From the NCBI GenBank assembly GCA_051866635.1, contig JBJDXJ010000041.1, positions 1 through 22,897 on the forward strand: DNA of 22,897 nucleotides. The letters are read 5' to 3'. The notes beneath the pieces were generated by a model. That model was not told where the DNA came from. It worked only from the letters and a program-made list of their open reading frames with translations, and ran no database searches. Position 1 is the stretch's first letter. The number at the start of each line of letters is the position of its first letter. This stretch comes from Clostridia bacterium (GTDB lineage: Bacteria; Bacillota; Clostridia; UMGS1883). Shown here piece by piece: positions 13,720 to 22,897 of the stretch. Both the position numbers and the translations under genes were made by a program.

Positions 13720-15510
13720 TTACTCTACCGTTACGGATTTTGCAAGATTACGAGGCTTATCAATATCTCTTCCCCTGGCAAGTGCCGCATAATATGCGAT
13801 ATACTGTGTGGGAACAACAGATACAATAGGTGTGAGAAGCTCATGAACATCACGGATAACAATTTTATCGTCATGCGAAGAAAGTGACTGAGCTGAAATA
13901 GTCAGTGTCTTTGCCCCTCTCGCCTTTACTTCTTTTATATTACTTCTTGTGTTAAGGTTTATGCTTTCCTGTGTGATTATAGCAATAACAGGTGTGCCCT
14001 TTTCAATAAGGGCAATTGTGCCATGCTTAAGTTCGCCTGCGGCGAAGCCTTCCGCCTGGATATAAGAAATTTCCTTAAGCTTAAGTGCCGCTTCAAGGCA
14101 AACGTAATAGTCAATTCCACGTCCGATATAAAAGGCATTGCGTGAAGTATTAAGATATTTTTCAGCAAGATACTTGTATGTTTCCCTCTCTGAGCATACA
14201 GTTTCAATTACATTTGCTACCTTGGAAAGCTCGTACTTAATATCCATATCATATACCTTTGAAACGCAACGTGCCAGAATTGCAAGAACTGCAATCTGTG
14301 CCGTATACGCCTTCGTAGATGCAACTGCAATTTCAGGACCTGCATAAAGCAAAAGGGTATGGTCGGCTTCTCTTGAAAGGGTTGAACCCTTAACGTTTGT
14401 AATAGTGAGTGCTTTATGACCCATAGCCTTTATCTTCACCATAACAGCCCTTGAATCTGCAGTTTCACCGCTTTGTGAAATAAAGATAAAGAAGGGGCGT
14501 TCGCTTAAAATAGGTGTGTTATGAACAAATTCGCTTGCAATATAAGAATCTGTAGGCTTACCTGCCATTTTTTCGATAAGCTGTTTGCCTACCAAGCCTG
14601 CATGATAGCTTGTTCCGCACGCAATAATATAAACCTTATCACATTCACGCATATCTTTCAAAATGGCTTCATCAACACTTATTTCGCCATCACTGTTTGT
14701 ATATTCCTTAATAAGCCTTCTGATAACAGCAGGCTGTTCTTCGATTTCCTTAATCATAAAGTGAGCATAAGTGCCCTTTTCTGTATCGGATAAATCAAGC
14801 TCCGCACGGAAAGGTTCGCGAACAATATGCTTACCGTACTGTGTATATATTTCAACACTTTCCTTAGTTATAATAACATATTCTTTGTCCTGAATTTCAA
14901 AGAAAACATTTGTATTTGCAATCATTGCCATAGAGTCGCTGCCTATCATGTTAAATCCTTCGCCCTTACCGATAAGAAGGGGTGACTTATTTTTAACGGC
15001 ATAGAGCACATCAGGTGTTTCCCTGTCAATAATCGCAAGGGCATAAGAACCCTGAATTTCGCTTATAAGGTGACGTATAGCCATAGGTGTATCTTCGCCG
15101 GAGGCAGTGAACTTATCTAAAAGCCATGCAATAATTTCAGTATCTGTTTCACTTTTAAACTCAACGTCTTTAAGGTACTTACTTCTTAAAAATTCTTCAT
15201 TTTCAACGATACCGTTATGCACGAGGATAAAGCGTTCACTAAAATGGGGATGTGCATTATCTTCAGTTGGTTTACCGTGAGTTGCCCAACGTGTATGTCC
15301 AATGCCCTTTGTTCCCGTAACATTCTGTCCGTTATCTGTCTTTTTATAAAGATTTTCAAGCTTGCCAACGGCTTTTGTTATAGTAACCTCATTACCGTTA
15401 CAAACAGCAATACCGGCACTGTCATAACCGCGGTATTCAAGCTTACTCAGACCTTCCAATAAAATAGGTGCAACCTGTTTTTCCCCTATGTAACCTACTA
15501 TTCCGCACAT
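13720..15510 (-). CDS. glmS: Glutamine--fructose-6-phosphate transaminase
   Basis: MCGIVG, EYRGYDSAG, HTRWATHG, SQSGETAD and PRNLAKSVTVE. Confidence 0.99.
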   Translation of the reverse strand: MCGIVGYIGEKQVAPILLEGLSKLEYRGYDSAGIAVCNGNEVTITKAVGKLENLYKKTDNGQNVTGTKGIGHTRWATHGKPTEDNAHPHFSERFILVHNGIVENEEFLRSKYLKDVEFKSETDTEIIAWLLDKFTASGEDTPMAIRHLISEIQGSYALAIIDRETPDVLYAVKNKSPLLIGKGEGFNMIGSDSMAMIANTNVFFEIQDKEYVIITKESVEIYTQYGKHIVREPFRAELDLSDTEKGTYAHFMIKEIEEQPAVIRRLIKEYTNSDGEISVDEAILKDMRECDKVYIIACGTSYHAGLVGKQLIEKMAGKPTDSYIASEFVHNTPILSERPFFIFISQSGETADSRAVMVKIKAMGHKALTITNVKGSTLSREADHTLLLYAGPEIAVASTKAYTAQIAVLAILARCVSKVYDMDIKYELSKVANVIETVCSERETYKYLAEKYLNTSRNAFYIGRGIDYYVCLEAALKLKEISYIQAEGFAAGELKHGTIALIEKGTPVIAIITQESINLNTRSNIKEVKARGAKTLTISAQSLSSHDDKIVIRDVHELLTPIVSVVPTQYIAYYAALARGRDIDKPRNLAKSVTVE

Positions 15511-16130
15511 TGTCCATTATTCCTTTCAATAATAAATTTGCGTATGCATTTAACAGCTTCTGTAATACAAAAAGCCAAATCCTCTTTTTTGATAAAGAAA
15601 TCGCCGTTTCCGTTATCTTCGGCATAAGGCAGATGGATGAAAACGCATCTTATATCACGTTTTTCCTCATCTGCACGTTTTAAAACGGTGTACAACAAGC
15701 TATTGCACACAAAGCCTCCGGCAAAAGAGCTTACCTGACAGGGGAAATTTGCATCGGCAATACAATCTGCAATACATTTTACAGGCAAAGTTGAAAAATA
15801 TGCCGTCTTGCCGTCTTTATACAGCTTATCACCGTAAATAACCCTGCCCTTATTATCAGGCATTTTTGCCAAAGCGTAATTTATACCCACTGCCTCAACA
15901 GAGATTTCCTTTCGTTTACCGGCCTGACCTAAGGCAATAATACAACAATCGCCATTTTGTACAGCCATATCAAAAGCAATATTTCCACATTCATTATATA
16001 CAGTAGGTACCACTTTTTTGTCTATTATAACATCTTCAACCTTTTGAGGCAAGAGATTTAAAACAATTTCCGATGAATTTGTGTCCTCACCGCCAAAGGG
16101 GTCAAAGGCAGTAATTAAAAACCTCATCAT
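15498..16130 (-). CDS. pcp: Pyroglutamyl-peptidase I
   Basis: TAFDPFGGEDTN, LGQAG, VEAVGIN, AGGFVCN and FIHLP (E-C-H triad). Confidence 0.93.
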   Translation of the reverse strand: MMRFLITAFDPFGGEDTNSSEIVLNLLPQKVEDVIIDKKVVPTVYNECGNIAFDMAVQNGDCCIIALGQAGKRKEISVEAVGINYALAKMPDNKGRVIYGDKLYKDGKTAYFSTLPVKCIADCIADANFPCQVSSFAGGFVCNSLLYTVLKRADEEKRDIRCVFIHLPYAEDNGNGDFFIKKEDLAFCITEAVKCIRKFIIERNNGQCAE

Positions 16131-16507
16131 TTATCACCACACTCAGAACATATTCCATAAAGAGAAATATCACATTTTTCAACCTTAAATCCCATTTTTT
16201 CAAAGTTTGCTTCTACTGCATTATTATCATCCGGGAAAATATCAATAAGATTATTACAGCACTTACATAAAAAATGGTAATGGTTTGTCATGTTTGCGTC
16301 AAAACGGGAGGAATTGTCAGTGTATAATTCCCTTGCAAGACCACATTCAATCATAAATTTCAAATTACGGTAAACTGTTGCCAAGGATGCATTTGGAAAT
16401 TCTTTCCTGAGTTCTTCATAAACCCACTCTGCCGTTGGATGAGTATTGGTGGACTGCAATATTTTTATTACAGCATCTCGTTGCTTACTGTTTTTAACTG
16501 TAGCCAT
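16127..16507 (-). CDS. Fur-family transcriptional repressor (PerR-like)
   Basis: HPTAEWVY, SLATVYRNL, HYHFLCKCC and GICSEC. Confidence 0.93.
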   Translation of the reverse strand: MATVKNSKQRDAVIKILQSTNTHPTAEWVYEELRKEFPNASLATVYRNLKFMIECGLARELYTDNSSRFDANMTNHYHFLCKCCNNLIDIFPDDNNAVEANFEKMGFKVEKCDISLYGICSECGDK

Positions 16508-16561
16508 CCAATCGCCTCCTTTTAATATATCATATCACAATATGTGTTCAAATTCAACATT

Positions 16562-16582
16562 AAATGATAATGCTTATCATTT
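16562..16582. promoter_or_regulatory. Fur-type box
   Basis: TGATAAT-G-CTTATCA, one mismatch from the 7-1-7 TGATAATnATTATCA consensus, between divergent promoters. Confidence 0.75.
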
Positions 16583-16588
16583 TGTTTT

Positions 16589-16617
16589 TTGACAATTTTA
16601 CTTATATGCTGTATAAT
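16589..16617 (+). promoter_or_regulatory. Consensus sigmaA promoter
   Basis: TTGACA-17-TATAAT. Confidence 0.85.
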
Positions 16618-16628
16618 ACATAAAAGAG

Positions 16629-17483
16629 GTGAGAAATTTGAGAAAAAATCGCAATATTGCATTTTTTATTCTGATAATAGTAGTCATTTGTATGTTTACA
16701 GGTTGCAACAAAACATATACTGCCAATGGTGAGCTTTCTGTCCATTTTATTGATGTAGGTCAGGCAGACTGTGAGCTAATAGAGCTTCCCAATGGGGAAA
16801 ATATGCTTATAGATGCCGGCAACAACTCGGATAGCGACCTTATTTTAAGTTATCTTGAAAATCTTGATATTACTAAAATTGACTATCTTGTAGGTACTCA
16901 TCCTCACGAGGACCATATAGGTAGCCTTGACACTATTATTAATAACTTTGAAATTGGAAAGTTCTACATGCCCGATGCAGAGGCTGATACAAAAACCTAC
17001 CGTGATGTTATAAGCGCCGCCGAAAGTAAAGGTCTTGAAATCATACCAACGTATGCCGGCACAACAATTTATGAAGATTCTGACCTTAAAATCAAAACAG
17101 TTGCACCTGTAAGAGACTACTCTGACTTAAATAATACAAGCATTGTTATCCGCCTTACATACAAAAAGTCCTCCTTCCTTTTCACAGGCGATGCCGAGGA
17201 GAAAAGCGAAAGGGATATAACTGATGATGTTTCCGCTGATGTATTGAAGGTTGGACACCACGGTTCCTACACAGCCACATCGGATTTATTTTTAGAGCGT
17301 GTTGACCCGATGTATGCGGTGATTTCCTGCGGCATGGGCAATAAGTATGGTCATCCTCACGCAGAAACAATTTCAAAACTTTACGATAACGACGTAACGG
17401 TTTACCGAACCGACGAAATGGGAACAATTATCTGCACCACTTCGGGCGGTGGACCTGCCGACTACAAATGGAGGAGCGAATGA
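16629..17483 (+). CDS. ComEC/Rec2-like metallo-beta-lactamase-fold lipoprotein
   Basis: Lipobox FTGC; FIDVGQAD, THPHEDHIG, FTGDAE, KVGHHGS and YGHPH. Exact start is uncertain. Confidence 0.92.
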   Translation: MRNLRKNRNIAFFILIIVVICMFTGCNKTYTANGELSVHFIDVGQADCELIELPNGENMLIDAGNNSDSDLILSYLENLDITKIDYLVGTHPHEDHIGSLDTIINNFEIGKFYMPDAEADTKTYRDVISAAESKGLEIIPTYAGTTIYEDSDLKIKTVAPVRDYSDLNNTSIVIRLTYKKSSFLFTGDAEEKSERDITDDVSADVLKVGHHGSYTATSDLFLERVDPMYAVISCGMGNKYGHPHAETISKLYDNDVTVYRTDEMGTIICTTSGGGPADYKWRSE

Positions 17484-18373
17484 TGTCTTTATACGAAAAC
17501 TGCACCCTCTGCCCCAGAGAGTGCGGTAAAAACAGGTTTAACACTGTGGGCTTCTGCGGCGAAGGCGCCACCCTCACCGCCGCCCGTGCCGCGCTCCATA
17601 TGTGGGAGGAGCCGCCCATTTCAGGCACTAACGGCTCGGGTACCGTGTTTTTCTGCGGCTGCAATTTAAAGTGTGTGTACTGCCAGAACTACTCCATTGC
17701 CCATAACCAAGGCGGCAAAGAAATTACAGCGAACAAACTTAGTGATATTTTCCTTTCATTGCAGCAAAAGGGCGCGCACAATATAAACCTTGTGACCCCC
17801 ACCCACTTTGTGCCCCATATAATTCAAGGGGTAAAGCAGGCAAAAAAATGTGGGCTTAATCTTCCCATAGTGTACAACACTTCAGGCTATGAAAAGCCCG
17901 AAACAGTTAAAATGCTTTCATCTGTTGTTGATATTTTCCTTACGGATTTTAAATATATAAAACCCGAAACAGCACAAAAATACTCCAATGCAAAAAACTA
18001 TCCCTATTATGCAAAAGCATCACTTGCCGAAATGGTCAAAATCGCACCAAAGCCCATAATCGAAAATAACATTATGAAAAAAGGCGTTATAGTAAGGCAT
18101 TTGCTTCTGCCCGGGCATTTAATCGAGGCAAAGATGATTGTAAAATATATTTACCAAACCTACGGCGATAACGTTTACATAAGCCTTATGAACCAGTACA
18201 CCCCCGTAAGAGAGCATAAAGATTTTAAAAACCTTAACCGCACCGTTACCGATTACGAATATAAATCACTTGTAGAGTATGCCTTAAATTTAGGCGTAAA
18301 AAACGCCTTTATTCAAAAAGGCGAAACTGCAAAGGAAAGCTTTATACCTTCCTTTGACTTAACGGGAATATAA
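17480..18373 (+). CDS. pflX: Radical SAM protein, PflX-like
   Basis: CTLCPREC, WEEPPISG, CNLKCVYCQN, NINLVTPTH and IVRHLLLPG; ATGA coupling (start 17480 or 17483). Confidence 0.9.
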   Translation: MMSLYENCTLCPRECGKNRFNTVGFCGEGATLTAARAALHMWEEPPISGTNGSGTVFFCGCNLKCVYCQNYSIAHNQGGKEITANKLSDIFLSLQQKGAHNINLVTPTHFVPHIIQGVKQAKKCGLNLPIVYNTSGYEKPETVKMLSSVVDIFLTDFKYIKPETAQKYSNAKNYPYYAKASLAEMVKIAPKPIIENNIMKKGVIVRHLLLPGHLIEAKMIVKYIYQTYGDNVYISLMNQYTPVREHKDFKNLNRTVTDYEYKSLVEYALNLGVKNAFIQKGETAKESFIPSFDLTGI

Positions 18374-18419
18374 AAAAACAAGAGCATTTTCATTTTTCAA
18401 TGATATGCTCTTGTTTTTT
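18374..18419. terminator. Bidirectional terminator
   Basis: aaaaaacaagagcat...atgctcttgtttttt. Confidence 0.85.
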
Positions 18420-18516
18420 AACTCTCAAACGAAAATATATAATACGAACACAGCTTTGGGTCATACCATTTTAAAATTCAAAAAGCAGTATGCCTTTTAA
18501 ACAGTTAGCTTTTTTA

Positions 18517-21500
18517 TTATTGCAAATCAACAAAACAGTTTTCAAATAGCGGTTCCATTTCTTTTACCTTATCCCAAACCATTATTTTAACTGTATCTGC
18601 ATCGGTATAATCCGTTATAGGACTATTAAATACATTTTCTCCTTCCGAAATGTTAACAGTTTCCGTCTTTACTTCAAGAAGCTTTCCACTTTGATATAAG
18701 GCAACAATGATAGAAACATTTGTCACTTTTTTTGCACTGTCAATAATAATACTGTTGGTTTCTTTGTCAAAACTTATAATTTCATCATATTGATTTTGAA
18801 GAATTACAAAGTCACTGTTTCTGCCCGCTTTGTTAAGCTCAACGTAATACACAGCATCAGTTTCAAAGGGCACTGTAAAACTTATCGGTGCAAGGTCAAG
18901 TGTTCCAAGCTGTTCTGTAATTGTAATTGTATCAATAATTTCACCGTCATGTCCGCCCCTTCTGAGGGTTGCTGTAACAGCTTCAACTTGGCTGTAGCCA
19001 CGGTTTACCACATCGCCGTAAATAACAGCGTTGCCATCGGTATCGATACCGTAGCCAAGATTTTCCAGTGAAGTATTTTCATAATTTAAATATACTTCGG
19101 TTGAATTGTCACTGTCGTCATAATCGGCAACGTCTATCGGAGCAACAGTTAAAATTACATTATGGGGATTAAAATCATCGTCACCCAACGGATAATACGC
19201 TGTAAAGTCTAAAGTTTCTCCCGGCAAAATTGCTTCCTCGCCGTATGTCGTTGCAAGAATGTTTCCATCTTCGTCAGATACCTGAACCATATAATTATCT
19301 ACCGTTAACTCACCGTCGTTTATAACTTCAACATAAAATTCAAGTGTATTTCCCGGCAAAATTAATTCTTCATGGTAAAATGCTTCACCGATAGAAAGAT
19401 TATAAGTAGGTGTCACCTCGATCAATGCAAGATCTGTCTGTCCATAGGGACTTTCCGAATAAATATCACCTGTTATTTCTGTTTTATTAACTATGAATTT
19501 CATCTCACCGGTTTGCGAGAATGTGCCGGAATAGCTACTTATGTTAGACTCAAGCTGTGTAAGTGCAATACTTTCGCCCCAGCTATTGCTTTTGGAATCA
19601 TACATAACAGCATAAAGCTCAGTTATTAATGAATCCGAATTGCAGTATACAACAGCACTGTTATTTCCGTCCGATATAACGCTGAATCTGTCTGTAGAAA
19701 TCGACTCAACTATAATTTCACTCGTATTATTCGCCAAATCATATTCCACAACATTTCCGTTTGAATAATAATATAATTTGTCGTTTGCAAAAACAGGCTT
19801 AGAGTCAAGAACATCATTATTTGTCAAACGAGTATTATTCAGATATATTTCTTTATCCGTATAGTCTTGCTGGTCTCCGTCAAGGTCTATTGAATATGCA
19901 ATATATGTATTGCCGTTATATTTATACCCATCTAAGCTGTCTACCGGCATCAATTTGCTTGCATAAGCTGTAGCTTCACTCCATGAATTACCGAAAAGTG
20001 TGCTTGTCATAATTGAATATGTATCTGTTTCAGCAAAAATGTTATTGGAGGAGTTTTGCACCCATGCAATTTGTATGTTACTTTCATCGCCGAAAATTTT
20101 TGGCAGCATATCAATATATTCATTGTCGGTAATATTTGCAATATTACCGAATGAAACGCTTTCTTTATCAAACACTGCTGCCGAAATTTCCCAAACCGTA
20201 AACATCTCTGATATATCAGCATTATCGTTTAATTCAGCAGATGCATTTACCCATGTAATATATGCCACATCGTTAATAACCTCAAGATTTGGTGAATAAT
20301 CGCCTGTGCCATCATTATCAATCTGTGTAGGCTCGCTCCATACAGCTCCGTCATAATAGGAATACAGCAAAGTCGTTCTGTTTATGGCTGTTCTTTCACT
20401 GTCATCATCAAGCCATACCGCAAGCATTGTACCATCGGAAAATTCGACGAGCTGCGGTTCAGAATATGTATACACATTGGTTTTTAATGTATGTTCAATT
20501 TTATTTTGCGGTGCAAATTCGAAAAGCTCTGCCGTGTTATCATTTGCCGTAAAATAAGACTCATCCTTTGCATAGCTTCTGTCTATCAGTGAATATTCGG
20601 CTGTATTATAAAAATCAATCTCATCAAGCATCATCATATTTACTCTTGTTGAGGGATGATCCCAAATAATTCCTTCCGCAAACTTAAAGTCTTTATCTAT
20701 TATCGTAACAGGGCCTGCAAAAGCCTTGACATAAGCACCGATTGAACCGCTTACCGCAACATAATCTTGTTTATTGACATAGATATCCCAGTCAACCCCG
20801 ATATTTCCTTTTAAACCTCCGCTAACGCCTACAACACCACTGGCACCTAAGCCCACACCGCCTTTTAATGTAACATCGCCGCTGACAGTTCCGTTAGGTT
20901 TAAAATTCTTGGCAGTTTCGTTTAAATATAAACTTACCATAGCTTCAATTTCGCCCTTTAATTCCGCTTCCCAATACAATGGCGGAACAAGTATTATTTG
21001 TGAGCTTGCGGAAACTTTAACTGACGGATTTACTCCAACACCGCCGTCTAATACGGAAACTTTTCCGTTTGAATCAACATAGCCCTCTAAATATCCTATT
21101 ACGGTAAAGTCTGCGTCAAATCCAACTTTTGCAGTATAATTATACTTTGCTTTCATCCACTTGGTTTTCAATTTTGAAAAGCTGTATTTATCAGCCGAGT
21201 TTTTAAAGTTGTCCTTTATATTTTTAAATAAATATTTTGTTTCCTTGTCTAAGTGTTCTGTCCACTTTCCGTTTACATTTTCTGTAAAGCTATATTCTTC
21301 GCTTGCTTTTTTTACATCTAATCCAAGAACAGCATAAAATTTATTATCTTCAAAGGTTACTGTAAGGGGAATCATGGGAACATCCAGTCCGACTTCACCT
21401 CCGCCAATAACCGGCACACTGTTAGGTATTGTAGCTGTTACAGAGTCGCCGAAAGACAATTTGTAATCGTTAAGCACATTGTTTAAACCGCCGCCTGCTT

Positions 21501-22897
21501 TAAATTTCAGCTTTTTCTTTGTTGTATTACCTTCCGTATCTTCTGCAACTATATATATTGATTTCGATACATCAAAATTATTGCTTAAAACAGTGGTAAG
21601 GGAAGTGCCGCTAAATTCAACCCGCCTTGCCTCCTGCATGAGATATATTTTATTTTGTGACCCGCTTTTCCATACCACCTCAGCCTCTAATGTGATTTTG
21701 TCGGAAGAAGTAATATCTATGGAATAATCAGTTGAATATACATCTGTATCGCCAATCCATACAGCCTGAATAATAGGCTTTTTACCTGTATTTTTCTGCA
21801 AGTAAATTTTATTTGACTGCTTTGCCCTATCTGCCGTCAATGTTCGGGTAAGGTATTTATCTTTGCTGACTGTAATATTGCTTCCGTCATTTTTTATTGT
21901 AACAAGCCCTTTTTCATTTGTTATTTCTGCCGAAGCATTATTTGTAACAGACGCATTTTTGGAAAGTATGTACGAATCACTTGCTTTACTGCTGTCGTTT
22001 TCATTTTCATACACAATAAGCTGTATTTTTTTCGTTACTGCATTATTTATACTGCCTGTTTTTCCCGCACTTGCACCGGTTGGTTTAAAATGGATTGTTG
22101 CTTGAGTAAGGTCATCATTAGAGCTTCCGATACTTATATTTGCCCAATCATCTTCGCTGCCGATGTAGTAAATATCAGTTAAATCCCAGCAAACATCGAA
22201 CGCAGAATCCCCTATACTCGTCACGCTATTGGGGATTGTGACGCTCATTAAACTGCTGCAATAACGGAACGCACCATCCCCTATACTCGTCACGCTGTCG
22301 GGGATTCTCACGTTCGTTAAACTGCTGCAACTATCAAATGTATACATCCCTATACTCTCAACACCGCTGCCGATTTTTACGCTCGTTAATCTGCTGCAGA
22401 AAAAAAATGCATCATCCCCTATACTCGTAACGCTGCCCGGAATTTTTATGCTCGTTAATCTGCTGCAACCTGAAAACGCACCATCCCCTATACTCGTCAC
22501 GCTATCAGGGATTGTCACGCTCGTTAAACCGCTGCAAGCATAAAACGTAGATTTCTTTATACTCGTCACGCTGTCGGGGATTGTCACGCTCATTAAACTG
22601 CTGCAACCATAAAACGCACTATCCCCTATACTCGTCACGCTGTCGGGGATTGTTATCTCCTTTAAACTGCTGCAGAAACAAAACGCATTATTCCCTATAC
22701 TCGTCACGCTATCGGGGATTGTGACGCTCATTAAACTTCTGCAATTATGAAATGCACACATCCCTATACTCGTCACGCCACTACCGATTGTGACGCTCAT
22801 TAAACTGCTGCAACCATAAAACGCACTATCCCCTATACTCGCCACGCTGTCGGGGATTGTTATCTCCTTTAAACTGCTGCAGAAACAAAACGCATTA
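18517..22897 (-). CDS. Large BspA-type (LRR_5) surface protein with CARDB-like domain, 5'-partial
   Basis: 23-aa SVTIPDSVTSIG..AF..CSSL repeats; the frame stays open to the window edge, so 22845 is not the true start. Confidence 0.92.
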   Translation of the reverse strand, partial: NAFCFCSSLKEITIPDSVASIGDSAFYGCSSLMSVTIGSGVTSIGMCAFHNCRSLMSVTIPDSVTSIGNNAFCFCSSLKEITIPDSVTSIGDSAFYGCSSLMSVTIPDSVTSIKKSTFYACSGLTSVTIPDSVTSIGDGAFSGCSRLTSIKIPGSVTSIGDDAFFFCSRLTSVKIGSGVESIGMYTFDSCSSLTNVRIPDSVTSIGDGAFRYCSSLMSVTIPNSVTSIGDSAFDVCWDLTDIYYIGSEDDWANISIGSSNDDLTQATIHFKPTGASAGKTGSINNAVTKKIQLIVYENENDSSKASDSYILSKNASVTNNASAEITNEKGLVTIKNDGSNITVSKDKYLTRTLTADRAKQSNKIYLQKNTGKKPIIQAVWIGDTDVYSTDYSIDITSSDKITLEAEVVWKSGSQNKIYLMQEARRVEFSGTSLTTVLSNNFDVSKSIYIVAEDTEGNTTKKKLKFKAGGGLNNVLNDYKLSFGDSVTATIPNSVPVIGGGEVGLDVPMIPLTVTFEDNKFYAVLGLDVKKASEEYSFTENVNGKWTEHLDKETKYLFKNIKDNFKNSADKYSFSKLKTKWMKAKYNYTAKVGFDADFTVIGYLEGYVDSNGKVSVLDGGVGVNPSVKVSASSQIILVPPLYWEAELKGEIEAMVSLYLNETAKNFKPNGTVSGDVTLKGGVGLGASGVVGVSGGLKGNIGVDWDIYVNKQDYVAVSGSIGAYVKAFAGPVTIIDKDFKFAEGIIWDHPSTRVNMMMLDEIDFYNTAEYSLIDRSYAKDESYFTANDNTAELFEFAPQNKIEHTLKTNVYTYSEPQLVEFSDGTMLAVWLDDDSERTAINRTTLLYSYYDGAVWSEPTQIDNDGTGDYSPNLEVINDVAYITWVNASAELNDNADISEMFTVWEISAAVFDKESVSFGNIANITDNEYIDMLPKIFGDESNIQIAWVQNSSNNIFAETDTYSIMTSTLFGNSWSEATAYASKLMPVDSLDGYKYNGNTYIAYSIDLDGDQQDYTDKEIYLNNTRLTNNDVLDSKPVFANDKLYYYSNGNVVEYDLANNTSEIIVESISTDRFSVISDGNNSAVVYCNSDSLITELYAVMYDSKSNSWGESIALTQLESNISSYSGTFSQTGEMKFIVNKTEITGDIYSESPYGQTDLALIEVTPTYNLSIGEAFYHEELILPGNTLEFYVEVINDGELTVDNYMVQVSDEDGNILATTYGEEAILPGETLDFTAYYPLGDDDFNPHNVILTVAPIDVADYDDSDNSTEVYLNYENTSLENLGYGIDTDGNAVIYGDVVNRGYSQVEAVTATLRRGGHDGEIIDTITITEQLGTLDLAPISFTVPFETDAVYYVELNKAGRNSDFVILQNQYDEIISFDKETNSIIIDSAKKVTNVSIIVALYQSGKLLEVKTETVNISEGENVFNSPITDYTDADTVKIMVWDKVKEMEPLFENCFVDLQ
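22175..22897 (-). repeat. 69-bp tandem LRR-coding array (at least 10.5 units)
   Basis: agtataggg recurs every 69 bp; 22586-22690 matches 22793-22897 with 1 mismatch. Confidence 0.95.

Noticed and set aside
22400-22407. A8 tract as a phase-variation switch
   Set aside because: Short for an AT-rich genome, in frame, and explained by Phe codons.

Overview
Low-GC Firmicute (Clostridia-like) DNA with two parts. Bases 1-~12880 are the integrase-proximal end of a temperate prophage inserted at the 3' end of tRNA-Lys. It has a leftward early operon (ParB-like, DUF551-like, YopX, Myb-like-repeat, LysM and xis-like genes), a cro/cI switch with visible operators and promoters, a cargo block, an ImmA/IrrE protease and a tyrosine integrase. 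The cargo block holds a membrane protein, an acidic lipoprotein, a truncated secreted gene and a coupled three-gene operon ending in an ART/RES-like protein. Bases ~12870-22897 are host chromosome: a five-tRNA operon, a Fur-family/pcp/glmS operon, an MBL-fold lipoprotein, a radical SAM gene and a large BspA-type LRR surface protein running off the right edge. Strongest leads: (1) the three-gene cargo operon as a candidate tripartite toxin-antitoxin/anti-phage system; (2) several small structured palindromic elements at gene ends, one translated in frame inside the ImmA protease; (3) codon-restricted hypervariation in the LRR array. Family names come from motif recognition by eye, with no database searches.
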